A stretch of 37,821 nucleotides of DNA from an uncultured Pseudomonadota bacterium (GTDB taxonomy: Bacteria > Pseudomonadota > Alphaproteobacteria > Rs-D84). This document shows, piece after piece, positions 34,166-37,821 of the stretch (positions are counted from its first letter, which is position 1; each line of letters begins with the position of its first letter). Made by a program: the position numbers and the translations under genes. The DNA lies in assembly GCA_902784285.1 (NCBI GenBank), contig CACZUL010000002.1, positions 1 to 37,821 of the forward strand. Reading direction: 5' to 3'. The notes under the pieces are model-generated. The model had not been told where the DNA came from. It saw only the letters and a program-made list of their open reading frames with translations, and ran no database searches.

Positions 34166-36934
34166 CTATTTCCCCCAAAACGGTGCGATTACATAGTCGG
34201 CGCGCAACGGCACAGATATTTTGGTGATGTTTTCCATAATGGATTTGATTTGTTCGGCAAATTTTGTCGCCAATTTTTCATCACATTCGAATACCATTTC
34301 ATCGTGAACCTGCATAATCAATTTGATTTTATCGCGATTCGGAACAACCACTTCGTCAAATGTTTTTATCATGGCAAGACGCATAAGGTCAGCCTCGTAT
34401 CCTTGGATCGGTGCGTTGATTGCGGCACGCATTGCGTATGCGCGCATACGGGGATTTTTCGCCTCGGGCAATTCTATGCGACGCCCCCACGGTGTGTAAA
34501 CGCACGCATTTTCGGTTGCAAATTTTTTGATGCCTTCGATATAGTCTTTGATTTCCGGCAATCCCGCCATGTATGAATTTATTATCTCTTGCGCCCGGGC
34601 GCGTGGCACGTTTAATTGTGCGGCCAATCCAAAAGATGATATGCCGTATATGATTGAAAAGTTTACAGTCTTGGCCGCGCGGCGCAAATCCCGTGGAACA
34701 ATGGTCGATTGGGGAATATTAAAGATTTTACGCGCGGTTTGTTCGTGGATGTCGGCACCCGCATTAAAAGTATCTTTGAATGTTTTTATGTCCGCAACAT
34801 CGGCCAGCAATCGCAATTGAATTTGTGAATAATCCGCCGCAATTAAAACACGGCCCGCGGGTGCGACAAAGCATTTGCGAATTTCTTCGCCCAGTTCTGT
34901 TTTAACCGGAATGTTTTGCAGGTTCGGATCGCGCGATGAAAGACGACCTGTATTCGTACTGGTCTGTAAATATGTTGTATGAATGCGACCATCATGCGCA
35001 ATTTGGTGGGGCAGTGCATCCGCGTATGTCCCCGCCAATTTTGCAATCGAACGCCAATTCAGAATCTTTTCAATAATCGGGTGGTGGTCGATTAAATCGT
35101 TCAGGCTATCTGCGTCTGTGGACCGGCGTTTGTTTTCCGGCATGTGCATTTCATCAAACAGAACGGTTGCCAACTGTTTAGGGCTGGCCACATTAAATTC
35201 GTGTCCGGCCAATTCAAAGATCTCGTTACTGATTTTAGTTAGCTGTTCGTGGAACACCCCCGAAAGTTTATTCAACTTTGCGCGGTCAACCAAGACCCCG
35301 TCGCGTTCCATAATTGTCAAAACCATAATCAGTGGTCGGTCGCAATTTTCATAAAGCCGTGCCAATTTATCGTTCGCATCCAATTCCGGTCGCATGTGTT
35401 TATACAGCGCCATTGTTACCGCGGCATCTTCGGCGGCATACGGGTATGCGGTATCAACTGGCAATGCATCAAAGTGCATATCGGCATCGCGTGTCTTTGG
35501 CGGAAACAGCGATGCAAATGTTATATTTTGATGATTCAAATATTTTACCGCCAATTCGTCCATGCTGTGCGAATGCAGTGTCCCGTGCAACGCGTATGAA
35601 ATCAGCATAGTGTCATCAATCGGCGAAATTTTTTCAATATTCCAACCTTCGTTTGCCATAATGTGCAAATCGAATTTGATGTTATGTCCAACCTTGGTAA
35701 TGTTTTTGTTGGTCAATATCGGCCAAATTCTTTTATATAAATCCGCAATAGAAATCTGATTCGGTGCAAGTTCTGCGCCCCCAAACAGGTCGCCACCCGT
35801 GGCGCGATGGCGCAGTGGAATATAAACACCGTGCGCTGCATCCACCGCCAAAGACATACCAACCATTTTATCAGTCATCTGATCCAGACCGGTTGTTTCC
35901 GTATCCAATGCGATAATGTCTTTAACGGTTGCCAAAAATTTTTCTAATTCTTTTATTGTTGTTATTTTTTCAAATTTCATTTCTGGTGCGGTGCGTGGAG
36001 TATCATCCATGGGCGTGGTGTCAACCGGACATGCCGAGCCTGGAAAACTAAACGCGGGTTCATTTGGTTCCGGCATATTTTCCGGGAAAGTGCGTGAAAT
36101 TTTTTCCACCAAAGAATTGCTTTCTAATTCGTTTCGCACAAAGCTCAATGCGCCGGCACGATTAAACCTGAAAGGCGAAAGTTTCAGTCCTGATAAATCT
36201 ACATCGCGTTTCAATGTTACCAAATCGCGCGATATATATGCCAATTCCCGCGACAGCAATAACATATTGCGTGTGCGTTCGTTTTTAATTTTGTCTATAT
36301 TTGCGTACAGGTTGTCCAACGACCCGAATTCGTTTATCAGTTCGGCGGCCTTTTTCGGACCGATGCCACGCACACCGGGAACATTGTCAGACGAATCGCC
36401 CATCAGTGATTGCACATCAACAACGCGTTCGGGTGGCACGCCGAATTTTTCGATTACTTCGTTGCGGCCAATCGTTTTTTGCTTCATACCGTCGTACAAG
36501 AATATGCAGTCCGACACCAATTGCATTAAGTCTTTGTCGCCGGTCATAATTCGGGTTTTGTCTGCAATCTGGCAATTTTGGGTGGCAAGTGTTGCAATAA
36601 CATCATCGGCCTCGACATTTGGAATACACAGAACCGGCACGCCCATTTCGCCCAAGCCACGCCGGACCATAACCGATTGAGTAATCAAATCGGCGGGTGT
36701 TTCATCGCGATTCGCTTTGTATTCAGGGTAAATGTCTTGGCGGAAAGTTTTGCGTGATGCATCAAACACACATACGAAAATATCGTCTGGACCTGCGGCG
36801 GCAAACACCGGTAACATCATATTTAAAAAAGCATACACTGCGCCGGTTGGTGTTCCATCGGTCCGCGTAAGGCGACTGTGCACGCCATAGTATGCGCGAA
36901 ATAAAATTGAATTTCCGTCAATCAGTGTAAGCAT
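34166..36934 (-). CDS. polA: DNA polymerase I
   Basis: 5' nuclease N-terminus (LIDGNSILFRAYY), a 3'-5' exonuclease region (ALDTETTGL) and polymerase motifs (ADYSQIQLRLLA, RRAAKTVNFSIIYG, MQVHDE). Confidence 0.97.
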   Translation of the reverse strand: MLTLIDGNSILFRAYYGVHSRLTRTDGTPTGAVYAFLNMMLPVFAAAGPDDIFVCVFDASRKTFRQDIYPEYKANRDETPADLITQSVMVRRGLGEMGVPVLCIPNVEADDVIATLATQNCQIADKTRIMTGDKDLMQLVSDCIFLYDGMKQKTIGRNEVIEKFGVPPERVVDVQSLMGDSSDNVPGVRGIGPKKAAELINEFGSLDNLYANIDKIKNERTRNMLLLSRELAYISRDLVTLKRDVDLSGLKLSPFRFNRAGALSFVRNELESNSLVEKISRTFPENMPEPNEPAFSFPGSACPVDTTPMDDTPRTAPEMKFEKITTIKELEKFLATVKDIIALDTETTGLDQMTDKMVGMSLAVDAAHGVYIPLRHRATGGDLFGGAELAPNQISIADLYKRIWPILTNKNITKVGHNIKFDLHIMANEGWNIEKISPIDDTMLISYALHGTLHSHSMDELAVKYLNHQNITFASLFPPKTRDADMHFDALPVDTAYPYAAEDAAVTMALYKHMRPELDANDKLARLYENCDRPLIMVLTIMERDGVLVDRAKLNKLSGVFHEQLTKISNEIFELAGHEFNVASPKQLATVLFDEMHMPENKRRSTDADSLNDLIDHHPIIEKILNWRSIAKLAGTYADALPHQIAHDGRIHTTYLQTSTNTGRLSSRDPNLQNIPVKTELGEEIRKCFVAPAGRVLIAADYSQIQLRLLADVADIKTFKDTFNAGADIHEQTARKIFNIPQSTIVPRDLRRAAKTVNFSIIYGISSFGLAAQLNVPRARAQEIINSYMAGLPEIKDYIEGIKKFATENACVYTPWGRRIELPEAKNPRMRAYAMRAAINAPIQGYEADLMRLAMIKTFDEVVVPNRDKIKLIMQVHDEMVFECDEKLATKFAEQIKSIMENITKISVPLRADYVIAPFWGK

Positions 36935-36981
36935 TTTGCCCCCATTAAATACTGCGGGGCGTTGCCGCCCCGTTCAATTCT

Positions 36982-37518
36982 TTAAAACAGATAGCGAAGT
37001 TTGATACGCGCATCATAGTGCAAAATATCGGGTTCTATATCGCCGACTTTATAAACATCGGGAATATAGATTGCGCGCGCTTCGATATCAAATTTGCATG
37101 GCAAACCCGGCACATCCAGTGTTACACCCAACATACCTTGGTATGCAGCGGACGGGTCTAAATCCGCGCTGTTTGCTTTGTCTTCGCCATCTATTAACAT
37201 ACCGACACCGACGCCCAGGTATGGTTTGATAACCGTGGAGGGCATTTTAAAATATGCGTTTACCAATGCCACATGCGAATGAACATCTTTGACATTAAGG
37301 TAATTATATTCGGTTTCGAAACGAAATGCAGGCAAATCTACACCAAATATTGCGCCAAAGGACTGAGCCGGATTGGTTGGATGTTCATCATCGGCAAATA
37401 TTGTCGCAGCACCGGCACCAACGGTTGCCCCGGCATATAAATCCCAAACCGGGTCGGCAAATGCAGGCGCAGCAGCCATTGCAGCAGCGCATAAAATAAT
37501 TGATGTTTTTAACTTCAT
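36982..37518 (-). CDS. Small outer-membrane beta-barrel protein (OmpA-like/Opa-type barrel family)
   Basis: Signal peptide ending PAFA, alternating beta-strand pattern and a C-terminal RIKLRYLF ending in Phe. Strong SD aaggag precedes the ATG at 37518. The ORF-track extension to 37629 overlaps pth. Confidence 0.75.
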   Translation of the reverse strand: MKLKTSIILCAAAMAAAPAFADPVWDLYAGATVGAGAATIFADDEHPTNPAQSFGAIFGVDLPAFRFETEYNYLNVKDVHSHVALVNAYFKMPSTVIKPYLGVGVGMLIDGEDKANSADLDPSAAYQGMLGVTLDVPGLPCKFDIEARAIYIPDVYKVGDIEPDILHYDARIKLRYLF

Positions 37519-37564
37519 CTTTTGCTCCTTTGTATGATAATATAATAAAAAAGAGTTTAAAGAT

Positions 37565-37821
37565 ATGCAAGAAAATAAACCCATTTTAATTGTTGGCCTG
37601 GGGAACCCGGGTGCGGAATATGAACGCACGCGTCATAATGTCGGATTTATGGCGGTGAAACACTTGGCGGGGCCGTCCGCAAAATGGCGCGGGGAATTGT
37701 TTGCGCGCACATTTGCGACAAATATTGACGGGCGGCGCGTGATATTTGCAATGCCACAAACATTTATGAACGACAGTGGCCGTGCGGTGCGTGCGATAAT
37801 GGATTTCTATAAGATTCCAAT
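37565..37821 (+). CDS. pth: Peptidyl-tRNA hydrolase, 3' end cut by window edge
   Basis: Not in the ORF track because it runs off the window. Translation from the ATG at 37565 gives [29 protein letters not shown]...[13 protein letters not shown], the Pth signature. Confidence 0.9.
   Translation, partial: MQENKPILIVGLGNPGAEYERTRHNVGFMAVKHLAGPSAKWRGELFARTFATNIDGRRVIFAMPQTFMNDSGRAVRAIMDFYKIP

Noticed and set aside
35916-36680. 254-aa plus-strand ORF
   Set aside because: It lies entirely antisense to polA, whose product matches DNA polymerase I end to end. It has low-complexity Ser/Phe/Ile-rich composition and no SD, so it is a shadow ORF.
37519-37629. N-terminal extension of the outer-membrane barrel ORF
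   Set aside because: The extension overlaps the pth start on the other strand. The ATG at 37518 has a strong aaggag SD and starts a canonical signal peptide.
1-37821. CRISPR arrays, rRNA genes, transposases or IS elements
   Set aside because: No regularly spaced direct repeats, rRNA-like sequence or transposase-like ORFs were seen. All intergenic gaps are shorter than about 215 bp.

Overview
This 37.8-kb bacterial chromosomal window is densely coding, with short intergenic gaps and several overlapping stop/start codons. The housekeeping genes are rlmE, rnhA, tkt, recO, rpsF-rpsR-rplI, rpmB plus tRNA-Leu, clpB, groES-groEL, tilS-ftsH, prmC, polA and pth. This gene content and order, plus tailed L9 and L28, look alphaproteobacterial and possibly host-associated. 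That placement is inference only, since no database search was possible. Accessory content sits between the core genes. (i) An AT-rich five-gene minus-strand glycan operon (glf, two GT2, one GT8, a TupA-like ATP-grasp) lies convergent with a solitary phage-tail-fibre-like gene behind a near-consensus promoter. (ii) There is an orphan MotA/ExbB-like plus coiled-coil MotB/OmpA-like pair. (iii) A three-gene cassette at 29970-32002 ends in two tandem, paralogous acyl-carrier-protein (ACP) fusion proteins with an unrecognised Cys/His C-terminal domain. This is my best candidate for an undescribed system. (iv) The tRNA-Leu 3' end and its terminator are duplicated around a small hairpin-rich insertion that carries a palindromic repeat also found at 1107-1182. 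(v) ClpB lacks its N-terminal domain. I saw no CRISPR array, rRNA, transposase, integrase or recognisable defence genes.
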